Source: Malacoraja senta (lineage: Eukaryota). From it: a stretch of DNA of 64,000 nt. A model generated the notes under the pieces. The model saw only the letters and a list, made by a program, of their open reading frames with translations. It made no database searches and was not told the DNA's origin. The position numbers and the translations under genes are program-made. Location of the stretch: positions 1,364,001-1,428,000 of the forward strand of contig CM075988.1 in assembly GCA_038087875.1 (NCBI GenBank). The letters are read 5' to 3'. Position 1 is the stretch's first letter, and every line of letters starts with the position of its first letter. Below are positions 1 through 13,341 of this stretch, piece after piece.

Positions 1-186
1 TTGAAGTTAAGTACCTTGGAATATTTAGATCGTAACCTCGGTCACTATGTAAGCAATTGTCTGAAAAGGGACAATTTCCAACACCCAAGAAAGGGAGTTT
101 GTGGAGTGCCTCCGAGATGGATTTTTAGAGCAGCTTGTACTGGAGCCTACCAGGGAAAGGCAATTCTGGATTTAATGTTGTGTAAT
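1..186 (+). mobile_element. CR1 LINE ORF2 fragment (5' part of the copy that resumes at 2326)
   Basis: Endonuclease-region peptide ..GKAILDLMLCN continues as EPDLIRELKVKEPLGG at 2326. Confidence 0.8.
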
Positions 187-2325
187 AGAAACATAGAAAA
201 TAGGTACAGGAGGAGGCCATTCGGCCCTTCGAGCTAGCACCGCCATTCATTGTGATCATGGCTGATCGTCCCCATTCAATAACCCATGCCTGCCTTCTCC
301 CCATTTCCCTTGATTCCACTAGCCCCCAGAGCTCTATCTAACTCTCTCTTAAATCCATCCAGTGATTTGGCCTCCACTGCCCTCTGTGTCAGGGAATTCC
401 ACAAATTCACAACTCTGAGTGAAAACGTTTTTTCTCACCTCAGTCTCCCCTCTATTCTAAGACTGCAGTAAAGACGTTCTTCTGCAGTTGTATAGGGCTC
501 TGGTGAGACCGCATCTGGAGTATTGTGTACAGTTTCAGTCTCCTAATTTGAGGAAGGACATCCTTGTGATTGAGGCAGTGCAGCGTAGGTTCACGAGATT
601 GATCCCTGGGATAGCGGGACGAGCCCTATACAGCTGCAGAAGAACCTCTCTACTCCTGTACTGAAATCCTCTTGTTATCAAGGCCAACATTCCATTAGCT
701 TTCTTCACTGCCTGCTGTACCTGCACGCCAACTTTCAGTGACCGGTGTATATGGATACCCAGGTCTCGCTGCACCTCCCCCTTACCTAACCTAACCCCAT
801 TGAGATAATAATCTGCCCCCTTGTTTTTGCCACCAAAGTGGATAACCTCACATTTGTCTATATTATACTGCATCTGCCACGCATCTGCCCACTCACTCAA
901 CCTGTCCAGGTCATCCTGCAACCTCCTAACATCTTCTTCACAGTTCACACTGCCACCCAGCTTTGTGTCATCCACAAACTTGCTAGTGTTGCTCCTAATT
1001 CCCTCTTCCAAATCATTAATATATATGGTAAACAGTTGCAGCCCCAACACCGAACCTTGCGACCCTCCACTCGCCACTGCCTGCCATTCTGAAAAGGACC
1101 CGTTCACTCCTACTCTTTGCTTCCTGTCTGCCAACCAATTTTCTATCCACGTCAACACCCTACCCCCAATACCATGTGCTCTAATTTTAGTCACCAGTCT
1201 CCCGTGCGGGACCTTATCAAAGGCTTTCTGAAAGTCTAGATACACTACATCCACTGGCACCCCTTCATCCATTTTACTTGTCACATCCAAAAAAAATTCC
1301 AGAAGATTAGTCAAGCATGATTTTCCTTTCATAAATCCATGCTGACTTGGACTAATCCTTTTACTGCTATCCAAATGCCCCATTATTACCTCTTTAATAA
1401 TTGACTCCAGCATCTTTCCCACCACTGAAGTCAGGCTGACTGGTCTGTAAATTCCCTGTTTTCTCTCTCGCTCCTTTCATGAAAAGTGGGATAACATTAG
1501 CCATGCTCCAGTCCACAGGAACTGATCCGGAATCTATTGAACATTGGAAAATGATCACCAATGCGTCCACTATTTCTAGAGCCACCTCCCTGAGGACCCT
1601 GGGATGCAGACCATCAGGTCCAGGGGATTTATCATCCTTCGGTCCCATTAGCCTACCCAATACTATTTCTCATCTAATTAAAATTTCTTTCAGTTCCTCT
1701 ACCCCCTCAGATCCTCTGTCCTCCAGTACTTCTGGGAGATTGTTTGTGTTTTCCTTAGACAGATCCGAAGTACCTGTTCAACTCTTCTGCCATTTCCTTG
1801 CTCCCCATAATAATTTCACCCGTGTCTGCCTTCAAGGGACCCACATTTGACTTTGTTATTCTTTTTCCCTTACATGTCTAAAGAAGCTTTTACTGTCCTT
1901 CTTTACATTCCTGGCCAGCTTCCCTTCGTACTTCATCTTTTCAACCCGTATTGCCCGTTTTGTTTCCTTCTGTTGTCCTATGAAAGTTTCCCAATCCTCT
2001 GGCTTCTGGCTACTCTTTGCTGTGTTATACATCTTTTCTTTTAGTATTATTCTATCCCTAACTTCTCTTGTCAGCCACGGTTGCCTCCTACTCCCCTTAG
2101 AATCTTTCTTCCTTTTTGGAATGAAATGATCTTACGTCTTCCGGATTATGCCCAGAAATTCCTGCCATTGCTGTTCCACCGTCATTCCTGCTAGGATCCC
2201 CTTCCAGTCTACCTTGGCCAGCTCCTCTCTCATGCCTTCATAGTCCCCTCTGTTCAACTGCATCACTGACACTTCCGATTTAACCTTCTCCTTCTCAAAT
2301 TGCAGATTAAAACTAATCATATTAT
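187..2325 (-). mobile_element. CR1 LINE (RT plus 3' end), nested antisense in another CR1
   Basis: RT motifs (VYLDFQKAFDKV, SQGSVLG, KFVDDTKLGG) in ORF 535-1425; CR1 3' tail with a TTCTATG-type repeat near 187-200; short inverted piece at 467-620. Confidence 0.92.
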
Positions 2326-4645
2326 GAACCGGATTTGATAAGGGAACTCAAGGTAAAGGAGCCATTAGGAGGTAGAGACCATAATATGATACGTTTTAAT
2401 CTACAATTTGAGAGGCAGAGGGGAAAATTGGAAGTGTCAGTATTACAGTTGAGCAAAGGGGACTAGGAGGCATGAGGGAGGAGCTGGCCAAAGTTGACTG
2501 GAAAGAGACTCTAGCAGGGATCACAGTGGAACAACAATGGCAGGTATTTCTGGGAATAATACAGAAGGTGCAGGATCAGTTCATTCCAAAGAAGAAGATA
2601 GATTCTAAGGGGAGTAAGAGGTGACCGTGGCTGACAAGAGAAGTCAAGGACAGTATGAAAAAAGAGAAGTATAACATAGCAACAATGAGTGGTAAGTCAG
2701 AGGATTAGGAAACTTTTAAAGAGCAACAGAAGATAACTAAAAAAGCAATACCGGGAGAAAAGATGAGGTACGAAGGTAAGCTAGCCAAGAATATAAAGGA
2801 GGATAGTAAATGCTTCTTTAGGTATGTGAAGATGAAAAAAATTAGTTAAGACAATTGTCAGTCCTTTGAAGACAGAAACAGGTGAATTTATTCTGGGGAA
2901 CAAAGAAATGGCAGACGAGTTTTTACAGGTACTTTGGATCCGTCTTCACTAAGGAAGACACAAACAATCTCTCAGATGTACTAATGGCCAGAGGTCCTAG
3001 GGTGACGGAGGAACTGAAGGAAATTCACATTCGGCAGGAAATGGTGTTGGATAGACTGATGGGACAGACGGTTGATAAATCCCCAGGGCCTGATGGTCTG
3101 CATCCCAGGGTACTTAAGGAAGTGGCTCTAGAAATCATGAACGCATTGGTGATCATTTTCCAATGTTCTATAGATTCAGGATCAGTTCCTGTGGATTGGA
3201 GGGCAGCTAATGTTATCCCACTTTTTAAGAAAGGCGGGAGAGAAAACAGGGAATTATAGGCCAGTTAGCCTGACATCGGTGGTGGGGAAGATGCCGGAGT
3301 CAATTATAAAAGATGAAATAGTGGCACATTTGGATAGCAGTAACAGGATCGGTCCGAGTCAGCATGGATTTACGAATGGGAAATCACGCTTGACTAATAT
3401 TCTGGAATTTTTTGAGGATGTAACTAGGAAAATGGACAAGGGAGAGGTAGTGGATGTAGTGTACCTGGACTTTCAGAAAGCCTTTGATATGGTCCCACAT
3501 AGGAGATTAGTGGGCAAAATTAGAGCACATGGTATTGGGCGTCGGGTCCTGACATGGATAGAAAATTAGTCGGCAGACAGGAAACAATGAGTAGGGATTA
3601 ACTGGTCCTTTTCAGAATGGCAGGCAGTGACTAGTGGGGTACCGCAAGGCTCGATGGTGCTAGGACCGCAGCTATTTAAAATATACATTAATGATTTAGA
3701 TGAAGGGATTAAAAGTAACATTAGCAAATTTACAGATGACACAAAGCTGGGTGGCAGTGTGAACTGTGAGGATGCTGTGAGGATGCAGAGTGACATGGAC
3801 AGGTTGGGTGAGTGGGCAGATGCATGGCAGATGCAGTTTAATGTGGATAAGTGTGAGATTATCCACTTTGGTGGCAACAACAGGAAGGCAGATTATTATC
3901 GGAATGGTGTCAAGTTGGGAAAAGGGGAAGTACAACGAGATCTGGGGGTCCTTGTTCATCGGCCACTGAAAGTAAGCAGGCAAGTACAGCAGGCAGTGAA
4001 GAAAGCTAATGGCATGTTGGCTTTCATAACAAGAGGAGTTGAGTATAGGATCAGAGGTCCTACTGCAGTTGTACAGGGCCCCAGTAAGACCACACCTGGA
4101 GTAATGTGTGCAGATTTGGTCTCCAAATTTGAGGAAGGACATTCTTGCTATTGAGGGAGTGCAGCGTAGGTTCACCAGGTTAATTCCCGGGATGGCGGGA
4201 CTGTCATTTGTTGAAAGAATGGAGCGACTGAGCTTGTATACACTAGAATTTAGATGGATGAGAGGGGATCTTATTGAAACATATAAGATTATTAAGGGAG
4301 TGGACATGCTAGAGGCAGGAAACATGTTCCCGATGTTGGGGGAGTCCAGAACCAAGGGACATTGTTTAAGAATAAGGAGCAGGCTATTTACAACAGAGAT
4401 GAGGAAAAACGTTTTCACCCCGAGAGTTGTGAATCTGTGGAATTCTCTGCCTCAGAAGGCAGTGGAGGCCAATTCTCTGGATGCTTTCAAGAGGGAGTTA
4501 GATAGAGCTCTTAAAGATAGCAGAGTCAAGGAGTTTGGAGAGAAGGCAGGAACGGGGTACTGTTTGTGGATAATCAGCCATGAGCACAGTGAATGGCGGT
4601 GCTGGCTCAAAGGGTGAATGGCCTACTCCTGCACCTATTGTCTAT
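2326..4645 (+). mobile_element. CR1 LINE ORF2 (frameshifted) and 3' UTR
   Basis: Consecutive broken ORFs with KSPGPDG, NYRPVSLTS, YLDFQKAFD and FTDDTKLGG; 3' tail CCTATTGTCTAT. Confidence 0.93.
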
Positions 4646-6003
4646 AAAAGGCTAATAGAACGTACTAATTTATTTCTACATGCCACTAATTCATCTGTCA
4701 GATGAATGCAGAGCCTTGAATTTTGTCATTTTACCATATTTTCCTAGTTTGACTAAAAGTAGAGAAATATTTATTGACAGGCTCGGATTTTAGCTAGCAG
4801 TTTTGCTATGCTATTCTGCCACATTACATTACTCTTTCAAATTTTACCTCACCAACTATTTTGTTTAAACCCATATCAATTGCCCAAGTTATTTCATCTA
4901 TTAGGACTGTAGTCCAGGCATGAGTCAAGTGAAGCCCATCCTAATGGAACAGGTCTTACTTTGCCAAGTACAGTACATCAAACCACTCTCGTACAACAGA
5001 GGGGAATAGAGTTAATGTTTCAGATCAATTGTAAAAAAAACTAAGAAAAGGTAGTGATAAAACAAGTCTGAAATGCAGATAAAGATGGAAGGGGTAACAC
5101 AGAAAGTGTGAGATATGGTGACCGAAGGACAAAAGGGGTGATAGAGCAGGGTGATATGGGGATTAGTCAATAGCAAGATGTCGATATGGGGAAGATGAAT
5201 AATTAATATCTGTCGTTGCTGCAAATCTGAAATAAAAACAAAAAAGGCTCTTTTTTCCCCCAGCATTTTCTGTTTTGATCCCATTTAATTAATCAGTAAA
5301 TCAGTTGTCTGTGGAAAGAGAAGGAGAGAAATGTTTCAAGTATAAGATTGTCAGTATGAAATTGCCAGAAGGAAAGAAAATCTTAAAGCAGCTGAAAGTT
5401 CTGACATGAATGGATGCAACTGGGTGATGATTTAATGATAGACAAAGGGCAAGCAAGAACAGAGGGAAGAATTTTGAATTTGCAGAATGAAAATTAAAAA
5501 GCTGCAGATCCTGACAAAAAAACTGATAATTCTGGACGAACAAGTCAGAAAGATAAACAGTGAACGTTTTACATTTCTGGGGCCATTCACAAAATTGGGA
5601 AAGAGAAATATTCATAAATCTACAAGTAAGAAAGTGTGCAAATTCCTTGGCTTTGTTAATATGGGTACAATGCCGAAAATACAGTATCTGGTTAGGCCTG
5701 AGAACGTGTGCTGTGTACACGTCTGGGCAGTAACATCATTTACAAGATCAAGACATTGCAGATGACAGGAAGAAGCAGTCAGCCAGGATCTCAATGATCA
5801 TCTTCACTTACTGCGAGAGGTTACACTAGCTGAATCGCTGTCCTGATAGCAGAAAAAGTCAAGAAGAGAAACAAAGCATTCCAAAATTGTATGGGATGCT
5901 GACTGGGCAAGTCAGGGGATATTATTTTCTGTAATCTGCGGTCGTTCAGTTAGAATGACCAGTAAAGAAAAATTCAAAAAGAGAAACACATTCATAAAGT
6001 GGG

Positions 6004-6295
6004 AGGCACAGTGGCTCAGAGGTAGAGTTGCTGCCTTACAGTGCTGGAGACCTGGGTTCGATTGCGGAGTTTGTATGTTCTCCCCTAGACTGCGTGGGTT
6101 TTCTCCAAGATCTTCGGTTTCCTCCCACACTCCAAAGACGTACAGGTTTGTAGGTTAATTGGATTGGTTAAACTGTAAAAAAAAAAATGTCCCTACTAGT
6201 GCGTGTAGGATAGTGTTAATGTGTGGGGATTGCTGAGCGGTCCCGACTCGGTGGGCCGAAGTACTTGTTTCCGCACTGTACCTCTAAACTAAACT
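6004..6295 (+). mobile_element. tRNA-derived V-SINE (HE1-like)
   Basis: tRNA-like head (GGCACAGTGGCTCAG..GGGTTCGAT), V-domain GGAGTTTGTATGTTCTCCCC..GGTTTCCTCCCACACTCCAAAGAC and LINE-like tail ending CTAAACTAAACT. Confidence 0.85.
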
Positions 6296-6859
6296 GAAGT
6301 GGGTTACTTAGGTCAGCAATGTAGTGCCTCAAAGGACTGTGAAATCAGAATCTCACGGAACATCAAAAAGATCTGTTTTAAAAAGACAACTGTGAAATGT
6401 TACAATTTTATCTTCACTGTGAACTTCAATCTTGGAAATCAAATGGAATTGAAGAGCTTTACTGCAGAGGAAAATACTGGAGAAGTGACAAAAGAAACAA
6501 CAGAAGTTGGAATCTGTAGCTAAAAGCAAACTGCTAGAGGAACCCTGTCCATTTGCAAAGGCAAATGGACAGACGACATTAAGTAGCTCCCGTTTGCTTG
6601 CCATTTAATTCCTCTTCCCACTACCACACCCACCTAATGAACTTGGTCTCCTCCACTGCCAGGGTGAGGTCAAACGCAAACTAGGTTGAACAGTATCATA
6701 GGTAGACACAAAATGTGTCTCAGCAGGACAGGCAGCATATCTGGAGATAAGGAATGGGATGAGAGACGCCACAGATGCTGCCTATCCTGCTGAGTTCCTC
6801 CAGCATTTTGTGTCTACCTTTGATTTAAACCAGCATCTGCAGTTCCTTCCTACACAAGA

Positions 6860-7965
6860 ACAGTATCGTGTTCAGTTCTGGGTGCCATGTTAGAGAAAGG
6901 ATATTGTCAAGTTGGAACGGTACAGAGCAGATTTACGAGGATGTTACCAGTACTCAAGGCTCAGCTCTATAGAGAGAGGTTGAGCAGGCTAGGACTCTTC
7001 TTTGGAGTGCAGATGGATGAGGGGTGGTCTTATAGAGGTGTATAAAATCATGAGAGGAATAGATCGGTTAGATACACATAGTTGCTTGCCCAGAGTAGGA
7101 GAACTGAGGACCACAGGACATGGGTTTAAGGTGAAAAGATTTAATAGGAATCTGAGGGGTAACTTTTTCACACAATGGGTGGTGGGTGTTTGGAACAAGC
7201 TGCAGGGTTGAGGCAGGGACTATCCCAATGTTTAAGAAACTGTTAAGCAGGTAAGAATGATGAGTCAAGACTGTTTTATTGTCATATGTCCCAGATAGGA
7301 CAATGAAATTCTTGCTTGCTGCAGCACAACAGAATACCTGAGGCAGCGACTTCGATAGATCCCTTCGATGGTGGGGAGGTCAGAGCCGGTGATGGACTGG
7401 GCAGTGTTCACAACTTTTTGCAGTCTTTTCCGTTCCTGGACGTTCAAGTTGCCGAACCAGACCACGATGCAGCCAGTCAGTATGCTCTCTACTGTGCACC
7501 TGTAGACGTTCAAGAGAATCCTCTTTGACATACCGAATCTCCGTAGTCTTCTCAGGAAGTAGAGGCGCTGATATGCCTTCTTTATAATTGCATCAATGTG
7601 CTAGGTCCAGGAAAGATCTTCAGAATGATGCATGCTCAGAAAATTGACGTTTTTGACCCTCTCCACCTATCGACCCATTGATATAAATAGGATTGTGGGC
7701 CCTCATCCTTCCCCTTCCAAAGTCCACAATCAGTTCCTTGGTTTTACTGATGTTGCGAGCCAGGTTGTTGTGCTGGCACCATTTGGTCAATCGGTTGATC
7801 TCACTTCTATACTCTGACTCATCACCATGGATTGGACAGGTTTGGAGCGATATGGACCAAACGCAGGCAAGTCGAACTAGTGTAGCTGGGACATTGTTGG
7901 TTGGCGTGGACAAGTTGGCCGAAGGGCCTGTTTCCACCTGTATGACTATGATCTATGAGTCTATA
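6860..7965 (+). mobile_element. CR1 3' fragment interrupted by a Rex1/Babar LINE fragment (7257-7825, minus), all inside a Penelope remnant
   Basis: CR1 RGGLIEVYKIMRG and tail CTATGATCTATG; minus-strand YRCTVESILTGCI..WFG and LARNISKTKELIVDF (Rex/Babar-like); Penelope endonuclease-end DNA at ~6600-6700 resumes at 7967. Confidence 0.8.
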
Positions 7966-9394
7966 ACAGCACCTCATATTCTTCCTGGGTAGTCCCCAAG
8001 ACAATGGCATGAACATTGAATTCAATATCAGTTAACTCACTCCTCTGTCTCTCTTTCTTTCCCTTCTGATCTATCCAAGTTAGCTCAACACCCCCTTATT
8101 TTCAACCCCTTTCCTCCCAGCTCTCCATCATTGTTTTCTACCCAATCCTTTCCCATCCAATCTGCCAACACACTCTTCCAACTGGATCCCTAACCCCTCC
8201 CCGCACCGTTCTCATCTACCTACCATCTATCTCCCTTATTTGGTTTCACTCTTCCTTTCTTATCCAGATTCATTAATCCAGGCCCTGTATTGATTTAAAG
8301 AGAGAATTTTCTTCTGTATCTCAAAATGTTGAGGTGATTTGTGAATTCTTGAAGGGTGAATTTCTGCGACCTGTAATGTGGGGTTGTCATTACTTGAAAA
8401 GCAAACAATGTGAGGGCTATGCAGCAAAGGGAAGGGAATGCATCAGACTGCAAAATACTTTCCATGATCAGGCACAAACTGGATGCATGGACAGTATAGC
8501 TTCATTTGATAATTCTCTGCATTATCCATTATTTCATTCCCAATTATTCTCACAAAGAAAAAACTAAAAGTGCCAACATGTGATATTGAAGTTGGGCCAC
8601 ATAACTGCTTCATTCCACTTTAATCAATTCAACACATTTGCATGGTCTTCTTCAAGTAACTGGCAGCCCGTTTTGGCCAAGAGGTTTGCCCATAGTCCTC
8701 CAGGGCATTCTGTAACAAGTCATCTTAATATACTTAATATATTCTAAAGAAGGGTCTCGACCCGAAACGTCACCCATTCCTTCTTTCCAGAGATGCTGCC
8801 TGTCCCACTGAGTTACTCCAGCATTTTGTGTCTACCTTAATATACTTGGACCTCTTGTACAATTGTATTACATCCTGCGTACCCATTGTCTTGGCTTTTC
8901 AAACGAACAAGCTATTCCAATGAACACACAATTCACTCTGCAAATCTTAGAATCATTACTAATGTTATGGGAGCCATAATCTAATTAGCTGTGCAAATGT
9001 AAATACATTGTGGAGATGCAGTGAGGGCCAGGTGAAGCAAATAAGTATTTTTCTTCAGATTACAAGTACACCAACCAAACAATTCTCAAAAGACAAGTTA
9101 CACAGATTAGTTTATGTTTTACTGACAATAACCTGGATCTAAATGCATGTTGCTGAGAGAACAAGCTTTGTAAACCAATCTGGACAGTAACTGATTTAAT
9201 TAATATCATATTACAAGCAGTAATCAGTTTGATACTCATCAGCAAGCCTTTTATATGAGAGAGGTTCTAACATTTCACAGATGAACCAATAACACAGCTG
9301 CTCACTTTCAGATTCCGTTTTAAGAATGGCATAAGCGGGAATAGGCTCCTTTCCTCTAGTGCTGGGTTTTAGGTGAAGGTAGATTTGTACTCAC

Positions 9395-9524
9395 CCAGGC
9401 ACTTCACAGGAATGACCATGTGAGTGTGACCATGACATTGTTTCTTTCCCTTCTTACACCAGTTCTCAAGGCTGATCGGTTTATTTGCTTCCATCACATT
9501 GGTAATTTGAAGCTCTGGATAAAC
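9395..9524 (-). CDS. APLP2: APLP2 exon 3 (E1 domain)
   Basis: Acceptor TTGTTAG|GTT and donor CTGG|GTGAGT; 130 nt. Encodes [43 protein letters not shown](G). Not in the ORF track; read manually. Confidence 0.96.
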
Positions 9525-10162
9525 CTAACAAAAGTAAATGTCACATTTACATCAGACAGATTTATATTTACAGATTTTGTTTAATTTGGGTTCATTTGTT
9601 TGTTGTATTTTTTCATACCTCTAGCTTCCCTCGCTCCTGACTCGGTCAGAAGGGTCTCGACCCCAATCATCACCTATTCCTTTTCTCAAGAGATGCTGCC
9701 TGACACACTGAGTTACTACAGCATTTTATGTCTATCTTCACATTTGTTTCTTGGATGGCAGGATCCATTTTGACATCCAATGCAGTGGTTGTGGTTTGCC
9801 TCTGGCCTGGAGCCGTGAATACTTCCAACCACTGACAGGTTCGGTAACTCCTGTGCAAATGACGAACTTGAATTCAGGATCATCAACCTGAAATGTTAAA
9901 ACTGTTTCTCTCCCTGCAGTTTTTTCAGATTTTCATAGTTTATTTTACATCAACAGCATTTAAAGAATTTGGTTGTATTTTACTACCTGGGAAATAAATG
10001 CTATTAATGGGCTCCATGAACGACACAATATTTTTGACAGGGCAATTGAATGATCGATGGGAGTGAGCTTGCATTAACTTCTGTTCACCTCAACAAAATA
10101 TGGTCGCATTGCAAAATTTTAGGCCGACTGTTAATAATAAAGGACATATGCTCACGACTCAC

Positions 10163-10336
10163 CTCCTGACAATATTGCTGAATCTCTTCTTTGTTCCCCA
10201 GGCAGCTTTTGGTTCCTGAAGGATCAGATTCCCATTTTCCATTGTGGATATTGATATGCATATTGAGCTTTCCACAGAACATGGCAATTTGTGGCTCTGC
10301 TACTGCAAATCCAGCTCCAGTATTTGCTGCTAATGC
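10163..10336 (-). CDS. APLP2: APLP2 exon 2 (E1 growth-factor-like domain, N-terminal part)
   Basis: Acceptor TTTCAG|GCA and donor GAG|GTGAGT; 174 nt. Encodes [58 protein letters not shown], closely matching APLP2 [27 protein letters not shown]. Confidence 0.97.
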
Positions 10337-10677
10337 CTGAAACAAAGAAACAAAAGCTTCACCAGCAGGTCATCGCTCAACAACCACCAACATTATTCAC
10401 AGTAATCCGGCAAGCATTTGAATTATTTCTTAATTTAGTCACCGGATCTAATCGTCCAGCGATTGCTGTTCATTCCACATAACTGCACAAGGTGTTAGAA
10501 GCAGCCAGGATGAAAGCAGCATCACAACAGTAGAATGTAGAAATGCCTCAGTAGACATGTTACAAAATGAAGAACAGTTACATATCATGAATAAAATGAA
10601 TAACGGACAAGGTACCATAGGACTTCACCACATTCCATTTAGAACTGATTAGCTGCTTACCAACCAGAGGCAGTATG

Positions 10678-11460
10678 ACAATAGACAATAGGTGCAGGAG
10701 TAGGCCATTCGGCCCTTCGGGCCAGCACCGCCATTCAATATGATCATGGCCAATCTTCCACAATCAGTACCCCGTTCCTGCCTTCTTCCCATATCCCCTG
10801 ACTCCACCATCTAACTCTCTCTTGAGAGCATCCAGAGAATTGGCCTCCACTGCCTTCTGAGGCAGAGAATTCCACAGATTCACAGCCCTCTGTGTGAAAA
10901 AGTTTTTCCTCATCTCCGTTCTAAATGGCTTACCCGTTATTCTTAAATTGTGGCCCCTGCTTCTGGACTCCCCCAACATCGGGAACATGTTTCCTGCCTC
11001 TAGCATGTCCAAACCCTTAATAATCATATGTTTCAATAAGATATCCTTTCATCCTACATTCCAGAGTATACAAGCCCAGCCGCTCCATTTTATCAACATA
11101 TGACAATCCTGTCATCCCAGGAATTAACCTCGTGAACCTACGCTGCACTCCCTCAATAGCAAGAAGGTCCTTCCTCAAATTTGGAGACAAAAACTGCACA
11201 CAGTACTCCAGGTGTGGTCTCATTAGGGCCCTGCACATCTGCAGAAGGACCTCTTTGCTCCTATACTCAACTCCTCTTGTTATGAAGGCCAACATGCCAT
11301 TCACTTTCTTCACTGCCTGCTGTTCCTGCATGCTTACTTTCAGTGACTGATGAACAAGGACTCCCAGATCTCATTGTACTTCCCATTTTCCCAACTTTAC
11401 ACCATTCAGATAATAATCTGCCTTCCGGTTTTTGCCACCAAAACCTCACATTTATCCACA
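10678..11460 (-). mobile_element. CR1 LINE 3' fragment
   Basis: RPHLEYCVQF and IEGVQRRFTRLIPGM; 3' UTR near-identical to 4100-4645. Confidence 0.9.
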
Positions 11461-13341
11461 TTTATGAACTGGATACACGAACGCACGGAATACAGGAACA
11501 GGTTCAAAGACAGCGAACAGGTAAATTCCAACTTCAGGTAATGCAGGCCTCTCTTTATCATCTACCCAGCTTTGCTTCTCCACACCCCACCCAAAACTTT
11601 CTTTCCACACCCTGACCCCTGCCCACATCAAAGATAGACACAAAAATCTGGAGGAACTCAGCGGCAGGCAGCATCTCTGGAGAGAAGAAATGGGTGCGTT
11701 TCGGGTCGGGACCCTTCTTCTTCAGAAGATTCTCGACCCGAAATGTCACCCATTCCTTCTCTCCAGAGAAGCTGCCTGCCCCACTGAGTTACTCCAGATT
11801 TTTGTGTCTATCTTCGGTTTAAACCAGCATCTGCAGTTCCTTCTTACACATCCTGCCCACATCATGCAGTTTCTTTCCAGTCCTCCACCCTCTCATTACC
11901 CATTCCTCTCTTCTCCAGGACCCCCATTCAGAGAACTCAGAGACATCATGGACACTGGCACCACGGAGTCTCCTGTCAACAAGGACACAATTCCCGCAGG
12001 GAGAGTCTTCAGGGACATCAGCAGTTTCCCTGACTTCTCACATCCTGTAGGAGGAACATTGCAGCACCATTGCCTGCCACCATTTCTGCACTAAAACCAA
12101 GAGCACACTCACACACAAGAAATAGCAGACTACACCTTTACCTCCTGTCTCCCTCCGCTTAGCCTTTCCTCAGCCTCGAGTCAAACCCTCACACTTTAAC
12201 CTCATCATTTCCGACCAACTATTTCCCCTCTACTCCATCAGTTCAGATGAAGGATCCTGACCCAAAATGTCGCCAGTCTATTTCTCTCCGCAAGGCTGCC
12301 TGAGCCACTAAGTTCCTCCACCAAGTTGTTGTCCCCCCCACCCCCCACAGTGAACAGGGCATCTGGTAAGTAGCATTGGATGAGCCAGGGTGTTGTTGTT
12401 GCGATTGAAAGCCTGTGACTTAGGCGGAGCAGAGGGACCAGGGCTGGGATTGTTACTGCTTGTATATCATATAAGAATCTGGCTGCAAATGTACAAAGAA
12501 TGATTACTAAATTTGCAGACAAAATTGTGTTGTTCATGACGAGATAGACACAAATTGCTGGAGTAACTCAGCGGTACTGGCAGCATCTCTGGAGAGAAGG
12601 AATGGGTGATGTTCTGGTCGAGACCCTTCTTCAGAATGAAAGTCATGGGAAAGGGAAATGAGATGCTGCCTGTCTCAATGAGTTACTCGGGCATTTTGTG
12701 TCTATCTCAGTTTAAACCAGCATCTGCAGTTCCTTCTTACACAGGTCATATACAATGGAGGAGCCGGCGTGGGGGGACCACCGTGAGGGAGGGGGAGAAC
12801 AATGGACTACCTGGGGGCAGGGAGAACAAAGGAGGAGCCGGCGTACTTTGTAACTTTGTCAGCGCCGTAGGTGGCCACTATTTGCATACCTTGGGTATGC
12901 AAGCAAAGAATCTCACTGTGCCTTGTTGCATGTGACAATAAAGTATTCTGTTATTTTTGGGCACTTCCTGAAACACTCTGGAATGTTGTCCAAGGCACTG
13001 GGGATTTATCAACCTTTAATTCAATCATTCCCCAACTAACACCTATTTACAATGCCATTTTATGTCTCCTCCTTGAATCTACTACTATCCCTAATTTTGC
13101 TTATTCCTTAAAATTAAATCTCTCGTTTCATTTTTGTTCCAGACAGCAATGAACAATTTTGTAGTTTATCAACGTGCTCCTGAATGAGTGGCCATTGTAA
13201 ATCCAAAATCAACCGCGTAAGTTTGAGAATCTATCTTTACATAGTTAGATTCAAGACCCTTGTTTTAAATCCACAATGCCACTTCTCATCTTATTGAAGA
13301 AATTTACTATATTATAATTGCTCCATCCCAAGACAAGAGAC

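Noticed and set aside
6004..6065. tRNA gene
   Set aside because: It is the tRNA-derived head of a SINE and continues into the V-domain and LINE tail.
1..9394. APLP2 exon 4 (GEFVSDVLLVP..)
   Set aside because: No matching minus-strand sequence was recognised; it is probably beyond the window start.
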